From the sequence record NZ_LR134445.1: DNA of 64,000 nt; one strand, 5' to 3'. This stretch comes from a plasmid. Below the pieces are notes generated by a model that was not told the origin of the DNA, made no database searches, and worked only from the letters and a program-made list of their open reading frames with translations. Made by a program: the position numbers and the translations under genes. This document shows, piece after piece, positions 35,502-45,286 of this stretch (positions within the stretch are counted from its first letter, which is position 1; each line of letters opens with the position of its first letter).

Positions 35502-36359
35502 TCAGAGCGGTAGCGTCCAGGGCTCGCGCGGCAGCCGCGCGGGGTCGAAGTCGTCGAGCATCTCGCGCGGCGTGCGACCGCGCAGCCCCAGGCTCGCGGC
35601 CAACTCGGGGAGCACCACCGCCGGCCCGCCGCGCTCGGCGAGGGTGACGGCACCGTCGCGCTTCGCGAGCCGGACGCCGGTGGGCCCCAGCACCATCGGC
35701 ACGTGGGCGTAGGTCGGAGGCGCCCCGCCGAGGAGGGTCGTCAGGTACGCCTGGCGGGGCGCGGAGGAGAGCAGGTCGTCGCCGCGCACCACCTGGTCGA
35801 CACCCTGCGCGGCGTCGTCGACCACCACGGCCAGGTTGTAGGCGTACGTCCCGTCGCCCCGTCGCAGCACGACATCGTCCACGGCACCGGTGTACTCGCC
35901 GTGCAGCAGATCCGTCACGGTGAACGACGGGACCGTCGCGCGCAGGCGCACCGCCGCCGGCCGCTCCCGCCGCCGGACCACCCGCTCGGCCTCCGTGAGG
36001 TCGCGGCAGGTGCCCGGGTACGCGCCCTCCGGCGCGTGCGGCGCCGACGGTGCGGCGAGGATCTCCCGCCGCGTGCAGTAGCACTCGTAGACGTCGAGCC
36101 GCTCCAGCGCCGCCGCGTAGCGTGCGGTTCGCTCCGACTGCCGCACCGTCTCGCCGTCCCAGTCCAGGCCCAGCGCGGCGAGGTCGGCGAGCTGTCGCGC
36201 CTCGGCACCGTCGGCCGTGCGGCCGGTGTCCAGGTCCTCGACGCGCATCAGGAAGTCCCGCCCCGTCGAGCGGGCGAAGAGCCAGGCGAGCAGGGCTGTC
36301 CGCAGGTTGCCCACGTGCAGGTCGCCCGACGGGCTCGGCGCGTACCGTCCAGCTGTCAC
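35502..36359 (-). CDS. gluQ: glutamyl-Q tRNA(Asp) synthetase
   Basis: Truncated GluRS catalytic domain: [23 protein letters not shown] (HIGH-class motif) and [11 protein letters not shown]. About 285 aa with no anticodon-binding domain. Confidence 0.85.
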   Translation of the reverse strand: MTAGRYAPSPSGDLHVGNLRTALLAWLFARSTGRDFLMRVEDLDTGRTADGAEARQLADLAALGLDWDGETVRQSERTARYAAALERLDVYECYCTRREILAAPSAPHAPEGAYPGTCRDLTEAERVVRRRERPAAVRLRATVPSFTVTDLLHGEYTGAVDDVVLRRGDGTYAYNLAVVVDDAAQGVDQVVRGDDLLSSAPRQAYLTTLLGGAPPTYAHVPMVLGPTGVRLAKRDGAVTLAERGGPAVVLPELAASLGLRGRTPREMLDDFDPARLPREPWTLPL

Positions 36360-36368
36360 CGCCCCAGC

Positions 36369-37319
36369 TTACGAGCGCGCGCGGGAGAGATTGTCGGCCC
36401 AGCGGGCCAGGTGGGCCGTCAGCTCCGCGGGCGCGACGACGGTGACCTCGGCGTCGAGGACGGCGATCGCCATCGCGGGCCAGTCCAGGGAATCGGCCTC
36501 CATCCGCACGACGGTGCCGTCCGGCACCTCCTCGAGGCGCGCGTACCGGCCGATGAGCGGGCGCACGTGCTCGACGGGCGCGGCCACGCGGAACTCGATC
36601 CGATGGGCGGGCGCGCGCTGGCCGACGGACGCGCGCACGTAGGCGGCGGCGTCCTCGGCGGGGAGGTCGCGCGGCCGGAACCGCACGCCCGTGCTCGACG
36701 GTCCGCTGATCCGGTCGAGCCGGAAGCTGCGCCAGTCGTGGCGGTACAGGTCGTAGGCGACGAGGTACCAGCGGCGCCCGAGCGGCACGAGCCGCATCGG
36801 CTCGGCCAGGCGGTCGGTGCGCGCCCCGTCGGCGGCCGTGTAGCCGAACTCGATCCGCTCTTCCGCCCGGCACGCCTCCGCGAGGCCGGTGAGGACCCGC
36901 GGGTCGACGGCGGGCCCGCCGGTCAGGACGGCTGGTTGGGTGACGGCGCCCAACGCCTCGACGCGCTTGCGCAGCCGCGGCGGCATCACCGCGGCCACCT
37001 TGCCCAGCGCGCGCACCGAGGTCTCGGCGATGCCCGCGATCCCGCCCTGCGCCGCGGTCTGCAGGCCGACGGCGATCGCCACCGCCTCCTCGTCGTCGAG
37101 GACCAGCGGCGGTAGTGCGGCGCCGGCGGCCAGCTGATAGCCGCCGTCGACGCCGCGGGACGCGGAGACGGGGTAGCCGAGGTCGCGCAGGCGCTCGATG
37201 TCGCGCCGCAGGGTGCGCACCGACACCTCGAGCCGGTCGGCCAGCTCGGAGCCCGGCCAGTAGCGGTGGGTCTGCAGGAGGGACAGCAGCCGCAGGGTTC
37301 GAGAGCTCGTGTTCGCCAT
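36369..37319 (-). CDS. YafY-family transcriptional regulator (HTH plus WYL domain)
   Basis: N-terminal HTH (RTLRLLSLLQTHRYWPGSELADRLEVSVRTLRRDIERL). WYL-type motif (RRWYLVAYDLYRHDWRSFRLDRI). Divergent from the DinB/ligase/primase operon. Confidence 0.8.
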   Translation of the reverse strand: MANTSSRTLRLLSLLQTHRYWPGSELADRLEVSVRTLRRDIERLRDLGYPVSASRGVDGGYQLAAGAALPPLVLDDEEAVAIAVGLQTAAQGGIAGIAETSVRALGKVAAVMPPRLRKRVEALGAVTQPAVLTGGPAVDPRVLTGLAEACRAEERIEFGYTAADGARTDRLAEPMRLVPLGRRWYLVAYDLYRHDWRSFRLDRISGPSSTGVRFRPRDLPAEDAAAYVRASVGQRAPAHRIEFRVAAPVEHVRPLIGRYARLEEVPDGTVVRMEADSLDWPAMAIAVLDAEVTVVAPAELTAHLARWADNLSRARS

Positions 37320-37382
37320 GTTTTCCAGTGTGTTCTGCATTAAGGACAGAAACTGACACTAATACCTCATAGCCTTCTTCAC

Positions 37383-37913
37383 ATGACCGAGACACAGACC
37401 ATCTCCGCCGAACGCAACGACATCCTCAGCCTCCTCGCCGAGCGCCGCCACTTCTTGCGTTTCACCGCACAGGGCCTGACCGACGAGCAGGCCAACACCC
37501 GCAGCACCGTCAGTGAGCTGACCGTGGGCGGCCTCATCAAGCACGTCACCGAGGTCGAGAAGGGATGGCAGGACTTCGCCGTCGGCAGGCCGCACGCCAC
37601 CGCCGACATCGACTTCGACAACCCCACCCCCGAGCAGATCGCCGCCTTCCAGGACACCTTCCGGCTGGCGGAGGGCGAGACCCTGGAGGGCGTGCTCGCC
37701 GAGCACGAACGGGTCGCGGCCGCCACCGATGAGCTGGTGCGCACGCTCGACCTCGACGTCGCCTACGAGCTGCCGGAGGCGCCCTGGCAGCCGCCCGGCG
37801 TCTTCTGGACCGTCCGCCGCGTCTTCCTGCACATCGCAGGCGAGACGGCCCACCACTCCGGGCACGCCGACATCATCCGCGAGACCATCGACGGCCAGAA
37901 GAGCATGGGCTGA
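37383..37913 (+). CDS. DinB/DUF664-family protein (mycothiol-dependent-isomerase N-terminal-like four-helix bundle)
   Basis: DinB_2/DUF664 signature with the conserved His triad region (HVTEVEKGW; HIAGETAHHSGHADIIRE). Confidence 0.75.
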   Translation: MTETQTISAERNDILSLLAERRHFLRFTAQGLTDEQANTRSTVSELTVGGLIKHVTEVEKGWQDFAVGRPHATADIDFDNPTPEQIAAFQDTFRLAEGETLEGVLAEHERVAAATDELVRTLDLDVAYELPEAPWQPPGVFWTVRRVFLHIAGETAHHSGHADIIRETIDGQKSMG

Positions 37914-37994
37914 ACGACCCTCGGGAGCGGGGCCTCGCGGTGGCGGGGTCCCGCTTACGGCCTTTTGGTCGGTGTCCGCGCCTAGGATCGAGGC

Positions 37995-39023
37995 GTGGAC
38001 CTCCCCGTGAACCCGCCGCTCGACCCGATGCTCGCCAAGGCCGCGAAAGCAGTGCCCGGCGAGGGCTACTCCCACGAGCCGAAGTGGGACGGCTTCCGCG
38101 CGCTGATCTTCCGCGACGGCGACGAGGTCTTCATCGGCTCCCGCAGCGGCAAGGACCTCGGCCGCTACTTCCCCGAGGTCGTCGCCGCGGCCCGGGCCGA
38201 GCTCCCCGAGCGCTGCGTGCTCGACGGGGAGATCGCCGTCGCCGTGCACCGCGAGGGCCGCAAGCGGCTCGACTGGGAATCGCTCTCCGCCCGCATCCAC
38301 CCCGCCGAGTCGCGCATCACGAAGCTCTCGGAGGAGACCCCGGCGATCTTCATCGGCTTCGACGCGATCGCCATGGCCGACGTGGATCTCACCGGTAAGC
38401 CCTTCAGCGCGCGCCGTCAGGTGCTCGTCTCCGCCTACGCCGGCACCGGGACCTGCAAGATCAGCCGCGTCACCACCGATGCGGATGCCGCCGCCGATTG
38501 GTTCGAGCGGTTCGAGGGAGCCGGGCTCGACGGGGTGATCTCCAAGCGGGTCGACGGGCACTACCTGCCCGGCAAGCGGGAGATGATCAAGGTCAAGCAC
38601 GCCCGCACGGGCGAGGCCGTGGTCATCGGGTACCGCCCGCACAAGTCGCAGCCGAACGCCGTCGGCTCGGTGTTGCTCGGTCTCTACCAGGACGGGCAGC
38701 TGCTGCCGATCGGCGGCATCGGTGCCTTCACCGCCGCCAAGCGGGAGGAGTACCTGCAGCTCCTCGAGCCCATGCGTACCGCCGACTCCGTGCAGGGCGA
38801 GCCCAACCGCTGGGCCACCCCGGAGAAGACGGGGGAGTGGGTGCCCGTGCGCCCCGAGCTGGTCGTCGAGTTCGACTACGACCAGATGGAGGGCATGCGC
38901 CTGCGGCACACCGCCAAGTTCAAGCGCTGGCGCCCCGACCGCGAACCGTCGAGCTGCGGCTACGACCAGCTCGAGGTCCCCGTCAACTACGACCTCGACG
39001 ACGTCCTGCAGGAGGGGGAGTGA
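37995..39023 (+). CDS. ATP-dependent DNA ligase (LigC/LigD ligase-domain type)
   Basis: Adenylation motif I EPKWDGFR (KxDG). N-terminus MDLPVNPPLDPMLAK is typical of mycobacterial LigC/LigD ligase domains. OB-fold C-terminus. Confidence 0.85.
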   Translation: MDLPVNPPLDPMLAKAAKAVPGEGYSHEPKWDGFRALIFRDGDEVFIGSRSGKDLGRYFPEVVAAARAELPERCVLDGEIAVAVHREGRKRLDWESLSARIHPAESRITKLSEETPAIFIGFDAIAMADVDLTGKPFSARRQVLVSAYAGTGTCKISRVTTDADAAADWFERFEGAGLDGVISKRVDGHYLPGKREMIKVKHARTGEAVVIGYRPHKSQPNAVGSVLLGLYQDGQLLPIGGIGAFTAAKREEYLQLLEPMRTADSVQGEPNRWATPEKTGEWVPVRPELVVEFDYDQMEGMRLRHTAKFKRWRPDREPSSCGYDQLEVPVNYDLDDVLQEGE

Positions 39024-40111
39024 TGGCCAAGGCCCCGGCAGCCGAGGTGATCGTCCCCGGGCCCGACGGTGACCGCCCCGTTCGGGTCTCGAGCCCCGAC
39101 CGGATCATCTACCCCGCCACCGACCTCACGCCAGAGGTGTCCAAACTTCAGGTGGCGCAGTACTTCGCCGCCGTCGGCGAGCCGCTGCTCGCGGCCATCG
39201 GTGACCGCCCCACCGCGCTCGAACGCTGGCCCGGCGGAGTCCATCCCGGCGGCCGGCTCGCGCAGGGCCCGCAGGACAAGGACGCCGACGGCTTCTACCA
39301 GAAGCGGATGATGAAGGGCGCGCCCGAGTACGCGCAGACGGTGCGCATCGCCTTCCCGTCCGGCCGCCCCGCCGACGAGCTGTGCCCCTCCGAGATCGCC
39401 ATCCCGGTGTGGTGTGCGCAGATGGGCACCATCACCTTCCATCCGTGGCCGGTGCGCAGCGCCGATGTCGACCATCCCGACGAGCTGCGGATCGATCTCG
39501 ATCCCCAGCCGGGCACCGACTTCCACGACGCGGTCCGCGTCGCGGGCATCGCCCGTGAGCTGGCGGACGACCTCGGCCTGCGGGCGTACTGCAAGACCTC
39601 CGGCAACCGTGGCGTGCACGTCTTCATCCGCATCGCGCCGCGCTGGGACTTCGTGGACGTGAGGCACGCCGCGATCGCGTTCGGCCGCGAGCTGGAGAAG
39701 CGCGACAGCGGCGTCACCACCGCGTGGTGGAAGGAGGAGCGGGGGGAGCGGATCTTCGTGGACTACAACCAGAACAGCCGCGACCGCACCATCGCCTCCG
39801 CATGGTCGCTGCGCGCCGTGCAGGGCGCCACCGTCTCCACCCCGCTCACCTGGGATCAGCTGGCGGAGCTGAAGGACCCGCACGAGCTCAACCTGTTCAC
39901 CGTGCCCGAGCGCCTCGCCGACGGGAATCCGTGGGCCGACATCGACGAGGTCGCGCACGACCTCACACCCCTGTTGGATCTGTGGGAGCAACACCCCGTC
40001 GAGCTGAACTACCCGCCCGACTACCCGAAGATGCCCGGCGAGCCTCCGCGCGTGCAGCCCAGCAAGAAGGTCGCCGAGCACTGGGACGCCGAGGGCAACC
40101 GCATCGAGTAG
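39023..40111 (+). CDS. LigD-type primase-polymerase (PolDom/Prim-Pol) protein
   Basis: Overlaps the ligase stop as TGATG. Archaeo-eukaryotic-primase hallmark KTSGNRGVHV, and FVDYNQN. Confidence 0.85.
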   Translation: MAKAPAAEVIVPGPDGDRPVRVSSPDRIIYPATDLTPEVSKLQVAQYFAAVGEPLLAAIGDRPTALERWPGGVHPGGRLAQGPQDKDADGFYQKRMMKGAPEYAQTVRIAFPSGRPADELCPSEIAIPVWCAQMGTITFHPWPVRSADVDHPDELRIDLDPQPGTDFHDAVRVAGIARELADDLGLRAYCKTSGNRGVHVFIRIAPRWDFVDVRHAAIAFGRELEKRDSGVTTAWWKEERGERIFVDYNQNSRDRTIASAWSLRAVQGATVSTPLTWDQLAELKDPHELNLFTVPERLADGNPWADIDEVAHDLTPLLDLWEQHPVELNYPPDYPKMPGEPPRVQPSKKVAEHWDAEGNRIE

Positions 40112-40159
40112 CCGATCACCGTCCACGCGCGGTTCACGGAGGTCTGGTAAGCACAGGGC

Positions 40160-41683
40160 ATGCGTTCGAACCGCCGCCTTGCCGTTGCCCTCGTCGCCGT
40201 CCTCGCGGGCGGTGCGCTCGCCGCCTGCTCCTCGGGCGGGGGCGAGGACGCCGCGAAGCTCGATCTGAAGACCGGCACGAACTCGCCGCTCACCATCACC
40301 GCGGCGCAGCTCGCCGGACTGGCGCAGGGCGGCGCGGTCGTCGACGTCAAGCCCACTCCCGACGGCACCGTCGAGGCCGCGAAGGGCGGCGCCCTCGTCT
40401 TCAAGCCCAAGGCCGGGTTCACCGGCTCGGTGCAGCTCAAGGCCGTCGTCTCGCCGGCGGTCGCACTGTACTCGTCGAACATCCCGCCGCTCGCCACCGT
40501 CGGCGGCGTCTCCATCGACGGCAGCGGCTACGGCTCGTCGTGGACGCCGGTCCCGGGCGCTCCCGGCGAGTTCTACGGCTTGACCGACCGCGGCCCCAAC
40601 GTCGACGGCCCGAACAAGGACGAGAAGGTCGCGGCCACCCCCGACTTCACCCCGCAGATCGGCCGGTTCAAGCTCGAGGACGGCGCCGCGGTGCTGCAGA
40701 GCGTCATCACGCTCAAGGGGCGCGACGGCCGCCCGCTCAACGGCCGGAACGACACCGCCGCGCCCACGGGCGAGAAAATGCTCGACCTCGACGGCGTCGA
40801 ACTCCGGCCCACCGACCACGGCATCGACTCCGAGGGCCTCGTCGCTCTGCCCGACGGTTCCTTCTGGGTCTCCGACGAGTACGGCCCCTTCCTCATCCAC
40901 TTCGACGCCAACGGCCAGGAGCTCGAGCGACTCCTCCCGGGGAAGGGCCTGCCCGAGGTTCTCAAGAGCCGCACGCCCAACCAGGGCATGGAGGGCCTGA
41001 CGGTGACGCCCGACGGCAAGCGGCTGGTGGGAATCATGCAGTCCGCCTTGAACGTTCCCGGTCTGAGCGGCAGCGCCAAGGAGGTGCCCGTCACCCGCAT
41101 CGTCGCGATCGACCTCGCCACCAAGGCCGTCCAGCAGTACGCCTACCTCCTCGACAACCCGAAGGACACCAAGAAGGCCGTCTCCGAGATCACCGCGATC
41201 TCCGACACCGAGTTCCTCGTCGACGAGCGCGACGGGAAGGCCGCGCCCAAGGCGAACAAGACGATCTACCGGATCAGCCTCGACGGCGCGACCCCGCTCG
41301 GCGAGCAGAACCCCGAGACCATCGCCGGCGTGACCGGCACCGCGGAGGCGGAGACCGCGCTCAAGGGCGCGGGCATCACACCGGTCCGCAAGACGGTGGC
41401 CCTCGACCTCAGCGGCCTCGTCGACAAGCTCAACCCCGCCGGGAAGTTCTTCGGCCACGACAAGGTGGAGGGCCTCGCCTCGCCCGACGGGGGCAAGACC
41501 CTGTTCATCGCCAACGACAGCGACTTCGGCCTGGCCGGCATCGCGGGGCCGAAGACGCCGTTCCAGCTCAAGGCGAAGGTCCTCGCCAACGGCCTGCAGG
41601 ACAGCCTCGAAGTGCTCAAGGTCGACACCACCAAGCTGAACGAGCCCACCGCTGAGCGGACGATCACCGTCACCGTCGGGTGA
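40160..41683 (+). CDS. secreted lipoprotein of the esterase-like-activity-of-phytase family
   Basis: Lipobox LAACSS. Beta-propeller-like repeats (GLTDRGPN, SEGLVALPDGSFWVSDEYGP, DKVEGLASPDGGKTLFIANDSDFG). Confidence 0.65.
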   Translation: MRSNRRLAVALVAVLAGGALAACSSGGGEDAAKLDLKTGTNSPLTITAAQLAGLAQGGAVVDVKPTPDGTVEAAKGGALVFKPKAGFTGSVQLKAVVSPAVALYSSNIPPLATVGGVSIDGSGYGSSWTPVPGAPGEFYGLTDRGPNVDGPNKDEKVAATPDFTPQIGRFKLEDGAAVLQSVITLKGRDGRPLNGRNDTAAPTGEKMLDLDGVELRPTDHGIDSEGLVALPDGSFWVSDEYGPFLIHFDANGQELERLLPGKGLPEVLKSRTPNQGMEGLTVTPDGKRLVGIMQSALNVPGLSGSAKEVPVTRIVAIDLATKAVQQYAYLLDNPKDTKKAVSEITAISDTEFLVDERDGKAAPKANKTIYRISLDGATPLGEQNPETIAGVTGTAEAETALKGAGITPVRKTVALDLSGLVDKLNPAGKFFGHDKVEGLASPDGGKTLFIANDSDFGLAGIAGPKTPFQLKAKVLANGLQDSLEVLKVDTTKLNEPTAERTITVTVG

Positions 41684-41723
41684 CGCGACCCGGCGGACCC
41701 AGCCGGAGACTAATTCACTCTTG

Positions 41724-41735
41724 ACTTATATAAGT
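41724..41735. promoter_or_regulatory. perfect 12-bp palindrome ACTTATATAAGT (candidate ArsR operator) inside an AT-rich promoter island
   Basis: CTTGACTTATATAAGTTGAGGGTGAAATACT lies directly upstream of the arsR start. A -35-like TTGACT overlaps the palindrome. Confidence 0.4.
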
Positions 41736-41757
41736 TGAGGGTGAAATACTCGATCTC

Positions 41758-42108
41758 GTGCACGCCTTCGACATTCTCGGTGACCCCGTTCGACGCCACC
41801 TGATCGAGCTCCTCGCTCGCGGTGAGCTCTCGGCGGGGGAGCTGAGCGATGACGTGCGTGCGCGCTTCGGCATCAGCCAGCCCGCGGTCTCCCAGCACCT
41901 GAAGGTGCTCCGGGAGGCGGGGTTCGTCACCGTCCGGCCGGAGGGCACGCGCCGCCTGTACGCGGTGCAACCCGAGCCGCTGCGGGAGGTCGACGACTGG
42001 CTGGTCCCGTTCCGGCACTTCTGGGAGCCCAAGCTGTGGGCCCTGGGGACGGAGATCTCGCGCGGCAAGAAGGCGCGCCGAACGGCTACCGAGAAGGACG
42101 AACAATGA
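41758..42108 (+). CDS. ArsR/SmtB-family transcriptional regulator
   Basis: HTH LSAGELSDDVRARFGISQPAVSQHLKVLREAGFV. Stop overlaps the downstream start as ATGA. Confidence 0.85.
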   Translation: MHAFDILGDPVRRHLIELLARGELSAGELSDDVRARFGISQPAVSQHLKVLREAGFVTVRPEGTRRLYAVQPEPLREVDDWLVPFRHFWEPKLWALGTEISRGKKARRTATEKDEQ

Positions 42109-42746
42109 CGTACGACATCGACGATCTCGCTGCGGCCCAGCCCGCAGCGGTCACCCGGCGCGCCGAGGTGCGCGACAGCGGCGAGGGGGACGTGTACGTC
42201 TCCGGCTCGCTCAGCCAGACCTACCCCACCGACGTCGCCGACCTCTGGGACGCGGTCACCAGCGCTGAGCGTCTTCCCCGTTGGTTCGCCCCCGTCCACG
42301 GCGATCTCGCCCTCGGCGGCCGCTTCCAGGTGGAGGGCAACGCCGGCGGCACGGTCCTCGAGTGCGACGCCCCGCGCCGCTACCTCGTCTCGTGGGAGAT
42401 CATGGGCGGCGCCTCGCAGGTCGAGGTCGTCGTCGAGCCCGACGGTGACGGCGCCCGCCTCACGCTCACCCACTCGGGCGAGAACGTGCGGGACTTCTAC
42501 GAGCAGTTCGGCCCCGGCGCCACGGGCGTCGGCTGGGATCTCGCGTTCCTCGGCTTGAACGCGCTCCTCACCACCGGGCAGGACCGCCCCGAGGACGCCG
42601 AGGCGTTCTTCGCGACGCCCGCGGCCAAGAACCTCGTCGCGGCGGCGGCGAAGGCGTGGGCCGAGGCCACGATCGCCGCCGGCGTGCCCGCGGATCAGGC
42701 GAACGCGCAGGGCGAGCGCACCGCCGCCTTCTTCGCGGGAGAGTAG
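42105..42746 (+). CDS. SRPBCC-family protein (AHSA1/activator-of-Hsp90-ATPase-like)
   Basis: A typical ArsR partner. START/Bet v1-like fold motifs (ERLPRWFAP, RYLVSWE). Confidence 0.7.
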   Translation: MTYDIDDLAAAQPAAVTRRAEVRDSGEGDVYVSGSLSQTYPTDVADLWDAVTSAERLPRWFAPVHGDLALGGRFQVEGNAGGTVLECDAPRRYLVSWEIMGGASQVEVVVEPDGDGARLTLTHSGENVRDFYEQFGPGATGVGWDLAFLGLNALLTTGQDRPEDAEAFFATPAAKNLVAAAAKAWAEATIAAGVPADQANAQGERTAAFFAGE

Positions 42747-42750
42747 CCGC

Positions 42751-44274
42751 TCAGGCCGCGGCGGCGGCCACCACCGGCTCGTCCGCGGCGGGCTCGACCG
42801 CCTCGGGCTTCTCCTCGGTCGCCGCCGGAGACGTGGTCTTCTCGGCCGCGCTCGCGGCGGGTGCGGACGTCTCCTCCGCGCTCGTCTCCTCCGCCGCCGT
42901 GCCGGGCGCGACCGGTTCGGTCGCACCCGCCGGCCCGCTCGGCTCGACGGTGCCGGTCGGCGCGGCCGGTGCAGTCGTCGGGGACGGATCGGACTGCGGC
43001 TCCGTGGTCTTCGGCTCCGCGGTCTTCACGAGCTGCAGCACCGGCGCCTGCTCCTGCGTCGTCTGCGGCGCGGAGGTCTCCGTGGTCTTCGGGGCGGTCG
43101 TATCCGCGGCGTCGGTCGTCGCCGGGGCGGCGGGCTTGGGCGCGAGGAACTTCGACGCGTCGCCCGTGCCGGTCGCGGCCTGCCCGACACCCTGCACAGC
43201 GGCGCCGATCAGGTCCACGCCGAGGCGCAGCGGGTCGAGCACGGGGAACAGCCCGAAGGGACTGGCCGCGCCGTAATCGCGACGGTCGTAACCGGTCTCG
43301 ATGAGCACGCGCGCCACCGGCGAGACCAGATCGACGAAGGGCGTCACCAGTCCGGTGGTGCCCGTGGCCTTGCCGAGATCGAGCAGCGGCAGCATGAGCG
43401 GGAGGATCTTCGCCGGCAGTGTCACGTAGCGGGTGTCGCCGCTCACCTGGCAGTAGGTGCCGGCGGAGCAGTTCGCGGTGGCGGCCTCGACGGCCGCGCG
43501 GACCTCGTCCGGGGTGTAGCCGATCGGCGTGGCCGACGGATCGTCGGAGCCCTTGGGGGTCAGCATCTTCCCGTGCACGTACCAGAACCCGGCGAGTGCG
43601 TTGGCCGTCGCGAGCAGGTTGGCCGGGTACTTGGGGAAGTCGGTGACGCCGTCGTACTGGAAGCCCACGTCAGTGGTGTTGACGGGGCGGGTAGGGGTGC
43701 CCGTGTTCGTGGGCGTGCCCGGGCCGAAGGTCACATCGAGGATCGGGGTGTGGCCGAGGAACGACGGCCGGGTGAAGAACCCGCCGTTGGGGCGGCTCGC
43801 GTTGCCGATGAGCACGAAGGAGACGTTGTCGGGGACGCCGCCGTTCTCGGCCAGCTGCTTCTTCACCGCCGTGACCACCGTGCCGCCCTGGGAGTACCCG
43901 AAGATCACGATCGGGGAGTCCTTGTCGGCGGCGGCGTACTGCTCGTTCAGGCTGGTGACGCCGCTCGCCACAGAGTCGTCCCACTTCGCACCCTCGAGCC
44001 CGCCCCAGCCGGAGAGCGGGATCGGCCAGAACTCGGCAATGTAGGGCACGGGCTTCGCGACGCAGGCGGTCGCGCCGCACGCGCCCGTGGGCTGCACGTA
44101 GTAGCCGATGACGTTCTCCTGGTACCCCGTCACCTTCGACGGATCCTTGGTCCCCGTCCCGGGGACGACGAGCACCGTCGTGGCCGCCCAGGCGACTGCG
44201 GACGTGAAGGTGAGGGCGATCGCACCGAACAGTGCGACCAGGACGTAGCCGAGCTTGCGGGCGGTTTCGCGCAT
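42751..44274 (-). CDS. PE-PPE-domain protein (serine-hydrolase fold) with a Pro/Thr/Ala/Glu-rich C-terminal tail
   Basis: Start MRETARKLGYVLVAL (signal/anchor). GYSQGG nucleophile motif of the PE-PPE (PF08237) domain. About 150 aa of low-complexity tail. Confidence 0.7.
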   Translation of the reverse strand: MRETARKLGYVLVALFGAIALTFTSAVAWAATTVLVVPGTGTKDPSKVTGYQENVIGYYVQPTGACGATACVAKPVPYIAEFWPIPLSGWGGLEGAKWDDSVASGVTSLNEQYAAADKDSPIVIFGYSQGGTVVTAVKKQLAENGGVPDNVSFVLIGNASRPNGGFFTRPSFLGHTPILDVTFGPGTPTNTGTPTRPVNTTDVGFQYDGVTDFPKYPANLLATANALAGFWYVHGKMLTPKGSDDPSATPIGYTPDEVRAAVEAATANCSAGTYCQVSGDTRYVTLPAKILPLMLPLLDLGKATGTTGLVTPFVDLVSPVARVLIETGYDRRDYGAASPFGLFPVLDPLRLGVDLIGAAVQGVGQAATGTGDASKFLAPKPAAPATTDAADTTAPKTTETSAPQTTQEQAPVLQLVKTAEPKTTEPQSDPSPTTAPAAPTGTVEPSGPAGATEPVAPGTAAEETSAEETSAPAASAAEKTTSPAATEEKPEAVEPAADEPVVAAAAA

Positions 44275-44358
44275 GACGGTGCGACCTCTCGTGTTCAGGT
44301 TGCGCTCAGTTTCGCACGACTCGTCTCGTTGTGCTTGCGAACTCAATCGGCGCGGGGG

Positions 44359-45201
44359 CTACCGCCCGGCGGCGGCCAGGACGCGCTCCGCGCGGTCGGG
44401 GAGCAGGTGCCCCGCACCGGGCAGCAGGGTGACCGCGTCGTCGCCGAAGACGGCCCGCGCGTGCGCGGCGGCCCGCGGACCGTCGAGCATCTTGTCCCGG
44501 TCGCCGAACGCGGCGGTGACCGGCGCGGTGATGCCGGACAGGGCCTCGTCGGCGAAGACGGGTAGGCCGTCGGTGCGCGGCCGGAAGGCCCGGAACGTGA
44601 GGTCGCTGAACGCGGCGAGGTCGCGCTCGAGGCCCGGCTCGTCCGACGGCGTCCAGCCCGTGAAGTAGCGCATCGCGGCGCGCCGGCCGGGCGCGCCCAG
44701 CAGGCTCAGCAGGCCCGCGACCAGGAGCGGGGCCGTCCGGCGCGGCCCGAGACCGCCCGGCACGAGCAGGCCCAGCGACCGCACGCGCGACGGGTGCTCG
44801 GTGGCGTAGTCCAGGGCGACCCAGCCGCCGAGCGACTCGCCGATCACCGCGGCGCGCGGCGCGCCCAGGGCGTCGGTCACGCCCGCGAGCCAGGCGGCGT
44901 GCGCCCCGGGCTCCAGCGGCAGCCGTTCGACGACGGTGCCGCCCGGCTCGCCGGGGAGGTCCAGGGCGTGCACGCGATGGGACTGCGCCAGCAGGGGGAT
45001 CTCCGTCGCCCAGTTCAGCGACGTGCCGCCCGAGCCGTGCAGGAGCACGACCGTGGGCGCACCGTCGGGCCCGGCGCTGAGGACGTGCGTCCCGTCGACG
45101 ACGGTGCGCTCCACGTCCGGCAGGTGCGCCGACAGCAGCCGGTCGTACTCCTCGCGCACCGCGCGGCCACCCTCGTCGTTGCGGAATCGGTCGTCGGTCA
45201 T
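44359..45201 (-). CDS. alpha/beta hydrolase
   Basis: Start MTDDRF with a GAGGGGG RBS. HGSGG oxyanion motif, GESLGG nucleophile elbow, and a C-terminal GAGH catalytic His. Confidence 0.8.
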   Translation of the reverse strand: MTDDRFRNDEGGRAVREEYDRLLSAHLPDVERTVVDGTHVLSAGPDGAPTVVLLHGSGGTSLNWATEIPLLAQSHRVHALDLPGEPGGTVVERLPLEPGAHAAWLAGVTDALGAPRAAVIGESLGGWVALDYATEHPSRVRSLGLLVPGGLGPRRTAPLLVAGLLSLLGAPGRRAAMRYFTGWTPSDEPGLERDLAAFSDLTFRAFRPRTDGLPVFADEALSGITAPVTAAFGDRDKMLDGPRAAAHARAVFGDDAVTLLPGAGHLLPDRAERVLAAAGR

Positions 45202-45286
45202 CGCGCCCCCTCGTTCCGGTTCAGTCTGGCAGGCGCGAAGACCCCGGGGCGAGGCGCGACCGTGGTCTACTGGTCGCGTGTTCGAG

